NCBI GenBank assembly: GCA_964035545.1
Contig: OZ037766.1
Coordinates: 4,454,722-4,518,721 of the forward strand
Origin: Bugula neritina
Lineage: Eukaryota; Animalia; Bryozoa
Direction of reading: 5' to 3'
Length of the DNA: 64,000 nt
Shown piece by piece: positions 13,190-26,643 of the stretch. A program made the position numbers and the translations under genes. The notes beneath the pieces were generated by a model. The model was not told the origin of the DNA, made no database searches, and was given only the letters and a program-made list of their open reading frames with translations. Within the stretch, counting starts at the first letter, position 1. Each line of letters begins with the position of its first letter.

Positions 13190-14310
13190 GACGGATGGAG
13201 TTGTCTACACAATACAAATTGCTTTCGCCAGGAGTACTTGTACACTCTCCCATTTGATAATAATAGTAACCGAATACGTTATGCGCGTTTTTCAGAATTC
13301 GATAGAAACAGCATTACGTTGGGAAGTAACTAAGTGCAACGTCTGAATAGACATTCACCGGCTTTCCATGTACCGATCTCAGATCGATCTCGGCGAGATC
13401 GATTCATGGAAAGACGCCAAAGATCGATCTCCATCGTTCTGAGCTGGTCGGTCTGTGGAGCTCGAACTCAGATCGATCTCATGTCAATAAGACCATGGAA
13501 AGACGCCAGATCGATCTGAGAAGTAGAAAAAGACTGCTCGCTACAATGTTGTCTGCTAATAAAAATGATAACTTGTTGATAATTACTAAGCAAAGTATTA
13601 AATAATTATGATAGCCATCTTTTCAGATGCCAAAACTTTGACTTTCAGCACAATGATTAAGAAAACTTAATTATATGCAGTAGAAGGCAAAAAAATAGGA
13701 GAATTTAAATTAAATTTAAATGACTATTAAAACTTAGTTTCATTGGCTATTTTCTTTGTAATTTTAAGCCTAACAGTCCTGTAAGTTTATTAATAATCTG
13801 CAAGACAGCTATTAATTTTATATAAGCTGTCTAGCTAAAAAATTAAAATTAATTATTTTAAATTGGCCAAATTACTGTACCCTGAAAGCTTTGCTGCGTA
13901 TATTTTATAGCTGGGATTAAATTTTAGACTACTACCATCTTGTTTTCAACAGTAGTAGCTTTAATCACTCAAATAGGTAAACAAAATATACTTTTCAAGT
14001 ATCCTTCACTTAAGAGGAGGCAACTTCGCGAGATCGATCTGACACTCTCATGGAAAAACGATCGATCTGAGTACATTTCTCAGATCGATCTCAGCGAGAT
14101 CGATCTGAGATCGGTACATGGAAAGCCCGTGATTATTATTTGAACTATAAACAAGAACCAGTGCACTCAATGACCACTAACGCGGTGCTGCCTCAAGTAA
14201 CTGCGGTATTTCACATCTCTAGAACTGCAACAACAAATTTTCCAGACAGCTTACCATCAAACTCAATAATATTTCCAGCTCAGTGTAGCTTACATGGTTT
14301 CGACCAGTGT
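13190..14310. repeat. Old dispersed repeat, interrupted by the MITE; related copy at ~60180-60445
   Basis: Shared blocks ggagtt(g/a)tcta(c/t)acaata, gtacactctcc(c)atttgat, cggtgctgcctcaag and cttac(a/g)tggtttcga occur in the same order at both loci. Boundaries approximate. Confidence 0.5.
13356..14131. mobile_element. MITE family 1, copy 1 (776 bp)
   Basis: Long TIRs CACCGGCTTTCCATGTACCGATCTCAGATCGATCTCG / CGAGATCGATCTGAGATCGGTACATGGAAAGCCCGTG, 3-bp TSD ATT, subterminal GATCGATCT and CATGGAAA repeats. Near-identical to 58245-59019. Confidence 0.93.
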
Positions 14311-14598
14311 GGTCTATTATGAACTTTAGCTCTTTGGGTTTCGAGTCGTCGTAATAGAGTGCATGTGCGTGATGCAGAAGTTGTTAGTACTTCTCCTGCA
14401 AGGCCCATTCCGTTGTTGTTAAAAGCAAATTAATGGTACTCCCCTCAGAATCAATGCAACCGACCTAGAGCTATTGCAAACTAATGATATCATCAGTCAA
14501 AAATCTAGTTTTGGTAAAACTTTTGAACTTAGATAGATTTTGAATTTGCAAATAGATTGTGTGCTGTATTTTGCGACAATTTTGTATTACCAACCTTT

Positions 14599-14607
14599 TA
14601 TATATAC

Positions 14608-14693
<86 letters not shown>
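14599..14693. repeat. (TA)n microsatellite
   Basis: Directly visible. Confidence 0.95.
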
Positions 14694-14696
<3 letters not shown>

Positions 14697-14738
14697 TACC
14701 AAATATTTCAAAACAAAATCACTTAACCGTACACACAA

Positions 14739-14785
14739 CGACCTGATGATCGTGGCTAGCATTACGTGAAACAGTATTGTAGTCG
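14739..14785 (+). ncRNA. Minimal type I hammerhead ribozyme motif (Penelope-like element/retrozyme type)
   Basis: CGAC-CTGATGA-[tcgtggctagcattacgt, stem II]-GAAA-[cagtattg, stem III]-TA-GTCG. Stem I is CGAC/GTCG; GUA cleavage triplet, cut after 14781. Confidence 0.7.
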
Positions 14786-14835
14786 ATAAAATGAATATAT
14801 AAGTTTATTTTTATATCCGAAATTGTATCAGTACC

Positions 14836-14837
<2 letters not shown>

Positions 14838-14901
<64 letters not shown>
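14838..14901. repeat. (TA)n microsatellite
   Basis: Directly visible. Confidence 0.95.
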
Positions 14902-14903
<2 letters not shown>

Positions 14904-14952
14904 GTATACAACAGCTGTTTCGGGATTTGTCCCCTCATCAGCACCGAACAGA
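14901..14952 (-). ncRNA. Second, degenerate hammerhead ribozyme motif
   Basis: Minus strand: CTGATGA-GGGGACAAATCCC-GAAA-CAGCTG-TT. Good core, good stem II and palindromic stem III, but poor stem I pairing. Confidence 0.55.
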
Positions 14953-15634
14953 GTAATATGGCCCACACCAATGATACCAATGTATTATAGATATATATTG
15001 TAATATACTTATATATCATATTGATATACATTAAGTGTAGTAGCCTATTCATTGCTAAACATGGAACAATAGTTAATATGAATTTTCTGGAATAATATTC
15101 CTATTTTCACAGGTTGGTGTGAGACAAAACACAGTAATACAATAACCATAAACATTATTTTTAATGGATATTTATTATGGAAATATTGTTTTAAACAAGA
15201 AATATAAAAATACAAATAATATATAAATATATTTCAATAATATAAATTGCAACAGAGAGGGTTTGTGGTAATAATATTACAATAATGCTAAACAAAATAC
15301 AAGTAAAAGTCTATAAACTAATATTTTCTTGGGGTAATAAAATACACATATTTGAAATGTATAAACGATTCAGAAGCAAAATGAATCAAAACTGATGGTG
15401 AAAAATAGATCAATAAAACCTCAAAATTTGATGTTGATATGTGAATTGCCATGACATTGCCGGTGTGCAACCAGCAAAGCATGTTTCCTGATTGCTATAA
15501 TAATATGTTACGAATAATACAAAAATATACAATAATACAATGCATTTCTTACAATTGTCATCACTTCACTCAGGAGCCATCAATTAAGCAGTTGCTTTAA
15601 TATTAAGTAAACACTCCAATATATATATAATATA

Positions 15635-18600
15635 CTAAAATATGCATAAATTAAATAGGTCAAGTGTGGCTCTGCATACTATTTCTTCCTTGATGTTGAC
15701 CTTCCTCTTCATTACATAGACTGTATAAGACAAGGCAAACATGTTTCTTAGAAGATGATAAAGTGCACATGATTCAGTATATCATGTGATAAGAGATGCT
15801 TGATTGAGAAGCAGCATGCATTGCCAAACTAATATACCTGACAGTTGAAAAATCAAAAAATATGAGGTATAGTTTCAGAGAGGCATACTTTTGCTTAGCT
15901 CAGTGAAACGAAAAATTAGGCGAACTGAAGTTATTCAGAAAAAACTGCAAATCCTCATCTCAAACAAGCGGCAGCTAATAGCTGACTTAGGGTCACAATG
16001 CAACAGAAAAGAGTTTGTAGTCTTTTAATATTACTGAGACTTCTTACAGACTTCTGACATTATAACACTGCATACAGGGTTACCGTGTTTAGAGAAGCTG
16101 CTGCTTTACAATGGTTAGTGAGGGCATTACAGTAATAACACATAGAGAGGAACTGAAAGGAGAACAGCAGAGACTAGGTGTGAGAGGCACCCTAGTTATT
16201 CGTGTGAGTGGAAAGCAAGGAGCAATTACTCTACCGTAGTACTGTTCGCCCTGCATCTTCCTCATATAACAGTGTATCAACACTATTAGCAAGATGAGGA
16301 AAAGAACTCCCTCAGCAATACCAATGATGAGTGCATACGGCACTGGGGGCGGCGGAGGAAGAGTAGGCGGAGCTACACATAGCAACGAGAATATTATGGC
16401 TAGAAGACATTTAAAACCTTACCATATAATTGCTTTCTTTTGTTTTCTTGCGTACATAATATTTATCACCCAATGAGCAGAATTAGAAAAAGGAAACCGC
16501 AGATTGCTCCAAAACTGAGAGGGTAGTGAGCAAATCCTGCATTGACTGCTCCTACAAGACATACAATGATCTACATACTTGTACAAACAATGCAATGGTT
16601 ACAGTGTAGTGTCTCACAATATCACAGAGAAAAGACGCATGGGCTGGCAGGCTGTTGGGGTATCCAAAACCTGTTATAAAATCCATGTAAAAACTATAAT
16701 GATTAGCCTCAAGAGCAAATGAAGTGCTAATGCATAATATTTTTTGTGATGACAAGTGAAATAAATACCGGTAGTCTAAAAACATGCAGTTTCTTGATAG
16801 GGGGATAGCAAGACACCCGACTTACCCGTAACGATATCAAAGACCACGGGATCACTTTGAATTGTCTTAGTAAAATCGCCAAAAAGAGAATAGGTAACCG
16901 CGCAGTGCCACTTGCTCGCCCTCAGGTTACGGGCGTTCTCACTGCCATCAGGATCAAGAGAGAGTGACATCTTTATTACTCCATCATTATTTGGAGATAT
17001 ATCTACAGCCTAAAACAAATAATATAATTCTATAATCACTACGACCACGGCCTCAATTCACAACTGCTCAGCATCATTTCCACATGCCTATTTGTAAATG
17101 CTCTTGTTATTATAATTGCTCAGGGCTAAAATTTGAAAGTTCAGGGACACATGTGACCCTGGATCTTCAGTTTGACAACACCAACCCAATTTTCTCAGCA
17201 AAATGTGCTGTTAATGGCTGTGGCATAGTCAGAGGTTGGTATTTGCTACCCTTTGGAAAAAACTGGATCGAGATGAAAGATGTTTGAATTTATGCTTGAA
17301 ACCACTTGATGTAATTGGTTTACTTATTTCACCAAACTGTACAGCTGTACACTGTATGCAAAAATATGGCAAACAGTTGGTTTAAGAAAACAACTAATTA
17401 ACCCCAAGTATTACTGCCTTCACAGACGTTGATGAACTTCACTGACAACGAGTTATTGTGGAACAGATAGAAAAGTAGTAATTATGAGTGTACAATTTAC
17501 TTGTCCAGCAAGAAAGAAACTTGGACAATGATTTCAGCAATTGATTAAAAGAGCAAATGCATCTAATAGTTTTGGAATTTCTAACCAACAATAAATAGCA
17601 AAGAATACCCACCTTAACACCAACACCACCTTCCTTTGTGAGCTTTACATCAGACTTATTTGACATCCAATAAGCTTCCTCCACAACTGCATTACTGTCC
17701 AGAGTGACCGTACACAGGAAGTTGAAAGTATTTGTGGAGTTGAGGTCTTCTGTATAAATAATATAGAGGTCGGAGGGCAGAGGCGACTGTTCGAGAACTG
17801 CTTCATCTACAGTAAAAGAAAATAATCTCAACACCAGAATATTGAGTACATAGTCATAGTCTATTAGTCTATTACTATAAGTTTGGCAACCAAAATGAAC
17901 GAAACCAAATTTTCCTTGGATGTCATAAGAGAAGGCAACTGGGTAACTTTAGACTGAATGAAATTGATTCTGACTGATTTTAGGAGAATATATGCTTTCA
18001 TTGCTGTAAACTAATTAAATGTTAGCAAATAAATGAAAATATTAAGGTGTTTTTCAAGTTTTCCAACATTTCCCATGCCTTTTCATATTGAATTATTAGT
18101 GAAAAAACAGGTAAAAATGATGTTGTTTGCATCACTGTTAGTGAACTGTATTTAATTATAAGAACCACTCTATTCCATATACTTGGAACCAATTTTTTCA
18201 ATAGTTCAAATAAAATACAAACTATACTTCTATTTGATGGTGACAGTATAAGCAAAATAGTGTTCAAGTAAAACCGAGCTTGTTCAGTAAGTACATTTCG
18301 TACACCTACATTTTTGGTCAGAAATAAGAGGTTTAGTGTTAAAAACCTTTTCCTTGGCTTTTTTTCTTATGTACACATTTAGATTCAGCAAGTGAAAATA
18401 CCCCAAATAGCATGTTTAGGAATTTTTAGCCAAATGAACTTTTTGCCCTAATCTTCCAGTGTGTAGTAAATAAATTAAAATGGCGCAATTAGGATTATAA
18501 CAAGGACATGGTAGAAAGATGTTACTTTTATCAGATTTGTAATTATGCACCTACCATAGATGGTCAGGTCTGAAGTCTCATACAGAGTGCCAGCATCATT

Positions 18601-21600
18601 GGTGGCTACACAGAGTATACTACCAGACATGTTCTTCTGGGCTCCCTCAATGGTAAACTTGGTGTCCATGGCCGAGTCGTATGTTATCCAGGAGGGCATA
18701 TCTAAATACAAGAAAATAGAACTGTAGAGTACAAGATGGAGCTAGTAAATACTGTTTAAATGGGGCAGAGGTCATGTTCGAACATACTCTGCTAGATGCA
18801 TACATACCTTCCGTAATCTTTTGACCATTGAAGTAAAACTCTGTAGCAAAAGCGAGCCGATTTTCAGCGTCACAAACCACCTGAACATCTGAACCAGTTG
18901 GTTCATAACGATTTCGAGCGAACTTTGATCTATCAGTTAGTTTGGGGTATAGCTGAACTTTTACCTAGTAATGAACAGTGCATCACATCATATTTTACAC
19001 TCTACAGCAGTCAGGAACAAGCTTTGATTTACTTGTACAAGCTTTTATTTTACTTTTGTAAAAAGACACTATAGTAAAGTTGAGAACTGTCCAACAGTTG
19101 GTTTTAGTATACAGACAATGAGCTACATGAATTAACATATCATCTGACATTCTACAGCTCTCAGTTCACTTATGGATATTATGATAAAACTTTGGCTATA
19201 AGATAAGTTTGACTTCACTCACAGCTAATGAGTGTAGATAAAGTTCCTATATACAGAGACAAGGAAGTTCATAGATCATTTATAACATGACACTAAGGAA
19301 ATAGTGGTTGTAGGCACCAGTAGCTTCATGAACATGATAACAATTATTTCATAAGTTTGTATTGATTGCATCATTCACAAGTCACAAGTCTTCAGAGTTC
19401 ATTTGTTGAGTAAAATACTGATAATGGAAAAATACTGATTATCTCTTCGAAGGTGCTACTTGTCAACAAAAACTGAAAAGACAGCATGAATTTTAGCTGC
19501 CAACCAAAAGTATACTGCACTATAGTTAGCTCATCAGTGCAGATATAATGTAGGCCTACATAGTTGTATGCAGTCGGCTTTACTTACATTAAACACCAGA
19601 GTAGCAATAGTAGCCAAAGAGGTCTCGTTATACACCTCGCACTGCCACATCTCTTGCGAGTTACTCGATGGCAAGAAGATATAATTAAATTTTCCATCTG
19701 TGGAATCAGAAGTCGAGGCATCACCTGGTCGCCTCCACCTCACCTTCCCTTCTCTGCCGGCTCTAAAACATGTCAATAAGTGATGCCTGGGAAGTCAGTT
19801 TGGCAGCAATTATCGATAATAACTATGCCGAATAAGTGATCACCTCGGCCTGACTACAATCAGTTCTTAACATAGAAACTGGTCACAGTGGATTGTTAGC
19901 AATCAGTGTATCCTCTCATTAACACTTGCCGTACTGTACGCCGTAAGAGCAAATATCAGTCATTTTTACAAATGTCTGAACTTCCTGCACAGCGTTGCGG
20001 TACGTCAGGATCAAACACTGCTTCCTTCAAACAAGTTTCTGCGGGCTCCTATGTGACAGAAAAACTTTTGCGTCAACTCATTGGATATAATTGTCCAATG
20101 AAGTGTCATAGAACGTATCTAATAGCAAACTTTGAAAATCTCAGCCCGGACACATTAAAAATGGCTGACATTTTACGTTACGGCCTACGGTACGGCAAGT
20201 GGGAATGAGGGGTATGGGAAAAGGAAGTGGATCTGGACTGCGCATTCAAACACGTATAAAGGTGAAAAGTGTTACCAACCAGGAAGTTATTATTAGGTAC
20301 TGTTGATGTTAAATAACCCAATATATAATTGTCAATTTCTCCATGGGGTATTAACATATTGCAATGCATAAGTATAAGATTACAATAAGTCAAGATAAAA
20401 AATATCCACAGCTGTAGAAATATTTTACACTTTTAAGTTCTTCATTCTAGAACATGGAACCTTATATGTTTATAGATAGCAAACAAAGTTATTTACTCCA
20501 ACACAGTTTCACATCAACAAAAAGCACACAATATATTTTGAAGCTTTGAAAAAAACCAACTTCACTGAGTTCATTCTCTAAGAATCTGTAAATATTAGTC
20601 CTTCAGATAACAGTAGACAGTAGATATCAATTAATCTGGTATAGAGCTACAGGTAAACACTTACAGTCTTCCAAAGATGCACACAAGTTGACAGGGCACA
20701 CCCTCTTCGCACATGATTTCAGTCTTGACTTCGTGCACCATAGTTTCCTCATTCATTGTCAGGTCAGCTTCTTTCGGGTCTAAATAGGCAATTTCAGGGA
20801 TGTCCTCACTACTCGATCCCACAAGCAATGTGACCATATTTGCTACTGCTGCAGCATTGTCAATTGACAGTGTACAGGAGTACACATCCCTGCCTGTTCG
20901 CTTGTCCGAATCCAGCAGATAGGCAAAGAACAATTCGCCTAGAAAAACGAGTATAAATTGTAATTTTTCATAATCAAGTTCAACATGGAAGAACCAGAAA
21001 AACTTTGTGATAGAGTAATTTCAGCTTACTGAAGATTTGAAAGCAAGTCAAGATGTTACATGATAAATAAAAAAACATTGTGAACACAATTATAAAGTTT
21101 TTTCTAAGCGGCAGCAATCCAAAAATCCCATGCTAAGGATGTTGTAAACCCTATACAAATTACAGTATCTGCATACACACTATCAGAAAAAGAAAGACAG
21201 CATCCACTTTCTCACCAGTAATGGGGTTGGCTTTGATTCGATTTAAATTGTCTGCGCTGTCAAAGTTCAGATTTGCAAAAATGCCATTTGTTGATGTTTC
21301 CCATTTGAATTGAGGAATTTCTAGAGAAATTTCGCGTGTATACTGTGCAAGGTCTTCGGGCTCTGGAACTGCCCTGTCATCGTAAGTGTCTGGCAAAATG
21401 CATGGAATTGAGAATGGCTGGTTTAGTTCAGGACTTCCTACAGCGGGATTTGCCAGAACCGAACCTCCCAACACTTTTGGATCTACAGTAAGAAGGCAAA
21501 TGTATTATTACTTTTAACGTATTGAATGAAAGTAGGCACATTCAACCGGCATTGAATCAAAATGAAATCAGTTAATTCAGCTCTAACAAAATAAATATAA

Positions 21601-24185
21601 ACATTCCAGAGTTTAATAAAGGAAATTTTGTGAACAAAAAAGTGAATGGAAATCCAGTAGACAAAGAAATGTAAAAATTAATTTTGCAAAAGAAAAGCTG
21701 ACAAGTGAAAGTTTGTAAAAAGATTGCCTTCCCATTGCTAGCAAAATCAGATGCTTATATCAATATATAACATAGTACTAGCAACCAGCAAAGAAAACTT
21801 TCACTTTTTATTTTATGCTAGACTGAAGTGAGAAGGAAAAAATGAATTTTCTAGGAGAGGTAAATTAAAAAATGTAGTTAATTAAAAATATGCAAGCAGC
21901 TTTGTCATCCACATATATTGATTTTGCAATAATTTATAAAAAAAAACATTTGAATTTATTTTCAATTCAAATTGAAAAAACATTAAATATTTTATTCATC
22001 AATTCGATAGAAATTACTTTACCAACAATTTCAAACCTATAAGTTTGAGTTGCTAACTTTCAAAACTGTCGTTTTTTCGCTGATCACATAACATTTCGTA
22101 GATAAATCATGGTTCAAAACCGAGCCTGTTATTTCTCAATATACTTTTTCAAAACAATTTTCTTATCCAGTAGGTCTAATATAGTAGTATGTGACATTAT
22201 GGAGTATGTTGAAAAACCTTTAAGAGAGCAATTTCTCAACATATACAGCAATTGCATTCCACAATGCTGCTTCTGAAAAATTTCACTCAGATTGAAATTT
22301 TCACTACAATACCTGTACATAATACTTTATCATAAATGGAAATTATCACTGGAGACATGACTTGTAATGTTAACCAGACACACAGACGCCACAACAATCA
22401 GTGGAAACAAGGTGCTAAGTATAAACAATGATACAACTTACATGGCAAGATGACTCTAAATGTTGCTGACAATGTTTCAAACTTTCCACCGTTGTTAGAA
22501 GCCACACATCTGTAGTAGCCGTTCATTGGTTTCAAATCATCCAACTGTCGAGTATCTCCATCAGTGATAGTCAGTTCTTGCTCAGTGGTTGATATCCGGA
22601 TTGGAGCACCAACCCAGAGAGAGGGCAGTGTATCACTAAACGGACCTGCACTGGTTTCAGCATATTGAAACTTTAGAGTCTCCACATTGCTGGCACGGCA
22701 CGTCATTTTATTGACTATATCTACACCATCAGCTGCCTGGGCCACCTGCACATAGTCAGCTGGATCTTTCAGCTCCTTCTCAACAAAAAAGTGAGTGCCA
22801 AGATAGTCAATACTGGGTGCTTTGTCTTCTATTTGTCCTCTAGCTGTAACAAATTGAAGACTCTTGACTATAGAAATTAGGCACTAGCACATTGAACAGC
22901 ATACACTAGTCAAAATGAGTTAACAAATTCCTAAATAAGTGTAGTTAAGGCAGAGCTGGTAAACCTTGAATTATGAGATTAATTTGAAACTTTCATGTAA
23001 AGTTACACTGTATCAACAAAAAATAAATTCCCAATTCTGGTGGCACAGTAATTATGCAATAGCCAATGAATTTGGATGAAATAACAAAATATTCTTTGTA
23101 ACTGAAGTAAATTTGTATCTGACACCAGGTGTCACTATTGACGGTAAGTAGTCTCACTTAACAATGAGGGTCGGAATAGAATTCCCTTGTGCGGAAAACT
23201 AATTAAACTATCTAATACTGTTTGTTGCCAAATTATTTGCTAATGTGATTTTAATATTTTCCAGTGACTATTGATTTCTGGTGTTCGGTAACAGTGCTGG
23301 AGCGTGACAGGGACACGGCTATGGTTCGCCGATTTATATCACAGCAGCTGTAGTCAGAGACAGTGACAGAAATCAGATTCCTGAGATTTGAATCACTAAG
23401 ATTCAACAGGAATTGCAGCGCAAGTAATCACCATTGGCAAACCTATAGAAACTAACCACTACTATTGCTAACTCAATAGTAACCTAATCAAAGAGCAGAG
23501 TATTTCGCAAAGAATAAAGTTTATTATATTTATAAGAGTCAGTTATAAACATTACAACAGGCAACAGTCGACTGACTGCTATTAAAAATACAACTCTATT
23601 AGTATTTATGTCCATATTACGGACGTCTTGGAGCACAAAACAGACGTCTTGAGGTACAACCAATTATTTACATACAAAAATTTTATAAAGCTCACAACAA
23701 TTTTAATATAAAATTAGCATTACAACTTGTATCAACCAATCACAATATATCAAAATTAGTTGACCTAGCTTTGAGTTAGTTAAATTATATTGCCAGAATG
23801 ATTTAACTTGCAAGTCCGATAAAGATCACCTTGACCTAGTCTCTATATTCACAATATTCTTATTCAGGGCCATCAACTTGACGCAACATGTACTGATCAA
23901 TGGCTCTAATAATACTTTTTACTACATAACTACATTTTATTTGGTAAATAGGAAATCAAATATCAATAGCAGGTTAAATGACAGATACTTATCTAAATAT
24001 GAATACTATAAGAATTTGTGAAAACCAAACCTTTGCATGTTTTTCACAAAACAATCAGCACAGTATTTGCTTTTGCACAATTCTAGTAAAAAAGATATAA
24101 CCTTTGCAATAGTTTTCTATTACCTACACTTACCCCCAGTAATGAGTGTTAGCACAAAGATACAGGTCTTTAAACTCGCCACCAT
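15635..24185 (-). CDS. IgSF receptor copy B (5 Ig; GPI-like or TM isoform)
   Basis: Exons 24185-24134, 22867-22442, 21482-21216, 20938-20665, 19762-19588, 18964-18808, 18701-18555, 17806-17613, 17009-16826. Then either TM-1 16551-16466 (stop, 653 aa) or TM-2 16372-16235 plus putative tail exon 15720-15635 (VYVMKRKVNIKEEIVCRATLDLFNLCIF*, 699 aa). Frames intact; the tail exon is the least certain part. Confidence 0.85.
19911..20212. mobile_element. MITE family 2 (~300 bp) in intron 4 of copy B
   Basis: Imperfect TIRs CTCATTAACACTTGCCGTACTGTACGCCGTAA / TTACGGCCTACGGTACGGCAAGTGGGAATGAG, flanked by TA. The equivalent site is empty in copies A and C. Confidence 0.75.
23103..23926. mobile_element. 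Solo LTR (824 bp) in intron 1 of copy B
   Basis: TGAAGTAAA...TTTACTACA termini, 4-bp TSD TAAC. Empty site tgtaactacatt in copies D and E. Confidence 0.8.
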
Positions 24186-26643
24186 TTTCTTCTTATAAAA
24201 CTATACAATAACCAGTCTAAAAACAAATAATATTGTTTAGGAATTTGAGCACACAACAGGTTTTCTACAAAGTCTGAGCTTAAAAGAACAGATTTACAAA
24301 AACCAAAGGTACTAAGTTACCTGGAATACAATATTGCATTAACTTATATCACCTAAATTTACCCCAGCTCGATGTAGCCTAAATGTGCATCATTAGGATT
24401 AGCAGTCTATTCTGCCATACTAAGAGAGGTACAAATTCATACTAGTACTATTATTTAGCAAAACTCTAAGTTGATGCCACCTAATAAAATATACACCTTA
24501 ATTGCATATCGAGTCCATCTTGACCTTTTTATTTTCAATTTCTTTTTTACATTAACACTAGCTTTTGGGTTAGTGCTTAGGAAATTAACTTGGTGAGGAA
24601 TGGATGCAGACAGCACATAAGTAAGTAGTAGCTTAGTCTGCTATGGTCGGGTAGATATCCACTCCATAACTAGAATATTTTGTGAGTTGGGTGTTGGATG
24701 TTGAATTAACAAATAGAGTGGTACTAGATCAGAAGGTAGGCTACAAGTTACCAACTTTCTCCAGACTACTAAAGTTTGGGAATTATAAGTAAAATTCCTG
24801 TTGGGTGTTGAAGACAGGCTTCTAGATAGACGTAAGGGTAAATGCTTATTTAACAGCTATTAGACTAGTCTTTTGAGTGTTTAACACACCATATAATATG
24901 AGTGAGTAAAAAACTAGGGTTTTGTTCCTATGATTCATGTGTATTCATATTGTCAATTCATCTACATATAATGTACTTTGTTTACTTATCCAGCCAGATC
25001 TTATGCTATTTAAGTAACTATTATGAAACACCAGGCAAATTTTTCATAACACTGGTGCATGGTGTACTGTAGAAAGGGTATGACATCACAATTCAAAACA
25101 AAAAGAGAGATCAATTATCTCAATTGAACTGACTCAGTTTATGGTTATTGTAATGTAATTCAATTTGGCTCTAAGATAAGCATCAGTGAGTGACAAGTAT
25201 TTCCGGGTTAGCTAACAGTTTGACTAAAATAGATTTTAGCTAACTAATTTTGTCTTCTACAATAGCTTAGTCTCTTACCAGGTTATGCATTTATTGCAAT
25301 TGTAACAATTGTGCTCCAATAAATATATTTTGATAATTTAACTAAAAACTCAGATAGCCTTTCAGTTATTGGCATTCACTGTTCATGTATTCGTGTTACT
25401 GTTTTGTTATTTCTTAATATTATGGCTGCAGCTTGTACCATTTAGGAGCAGTAGTGGAAAAATTGAGTGTAACCTAAGTTTTTCAAATTTCTTTATGAAT
25501 TTTGGTGTTGTGTATAACATAACTTCTTTTGCTACATTTCTCATTTAGAACACAGGCTTTTCTCAATTTCTCCATTACTGCACCTACCTCTTGTGTAGTA
25601 GTCATCTCCGGCAGCTGCAGTAGACTCAAGATCCTAGTTATTGTAGGTGGTAGGTTAGAAAATAGTTATAAAATGAAATAGTGTTGTCAGGAATATGCAG
25701 CTTTGAGTTATTGCAACTTACCGAATAATATAATTGGGTTGTAGCCTTCAGGTGAGCTGCGAGGTAGCTCCAGCTCCCGTCAGTCGGTAGGGATGAAGTT
25801 GAGACTCCTGGTTGGGGTATTTGTCCGTGGGTGCTCCGTCGTTGATGCTCCTGGGCTAGCACTCACTAATACACCTTAACGAATTCTAATCTATTCAGAT
25901 TTATATATTCTCTTCTTTCCACAACCTTCAATCACTCCATTCACCCAATCTTCTCCCCATCTCTTTCATACACACTCTGCTTTATATCTCAACACTAGCA
26001 CAAGCCACACCCACACTATATGTATGTTGATGCAAATATCACGGAGTTGTGCATTTCATACACACACAAGAGTAAAAGAAGACAACTACAACTAACTTAC
26101 AAGTTCGGATACAACGATAGGTAAAAGGCTAAGCTAAGCTAATCACTACTGCACCTGAAAGCCCAATTTGGAATTTAATGAATCTTTATTATGGAAATAT
26201 TGTTTCAAACAAGAATTATAAAAATTCAAATATATAAATATAATTCAATAATATAATTTGCAACAGTGAGTGTTAGTGGTAATAATATTACAATAATGCT
26301 AAACAAAATACAAGTAAAAATCTATAAACTAATATTTTCTTGGGGTAATAAAATACACATAATTGAAATATATAAAAGATTTGGAAGCAAAATGAATCAA
26401 AACTGATGGTGAAAAATAGTTCAATAAAACCTTAAAATTTGATGTTAATATGTGAATTGCCTTGACATTGCCAGTGTGCAACCAGCAAAGCATGTTTCCT
26501 GATTGCTATAATAATTGTTACGAATAATACAAAAATATACAATAATACAATGCATTTCTTACAATTGTCATCACTTCACTCAGGAGCCATCAATTAAGCA
26601 GTTGCTTTAATATTAAGTAAACACTCCAATATATATATATATA

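Noticed and set aside
13334-14143. ORFs in MITE family 1 (also 58189-59034) and its GATCGATC repeats as a CRISPR-like array
   Set aside because: Subterminal transposon repeats with no regular repeat-spacer structure; eukaryotic context; no transposase motifs.
10690-15052. ORFs with YIYIYI runs
   Set aside because: Translations of (TA)n microsatellites.
22129-22320. Recurrent small intronic ORFs (MYRYCSENF..., also 32137, 55981; MITE-2 ORFs)
   Set aside because: Recurrence reflects recent duplication; frames are not preserved in all copies and no exon boundaries are evident.
25594-26090. Possible solo LTR TGTAGTAGTC...GACAACTACA (duplicated at ~48.7-49.2 kb)
   Set aside because: Inverted termini are present but there is no matching TSD and no empty site to confirm it.
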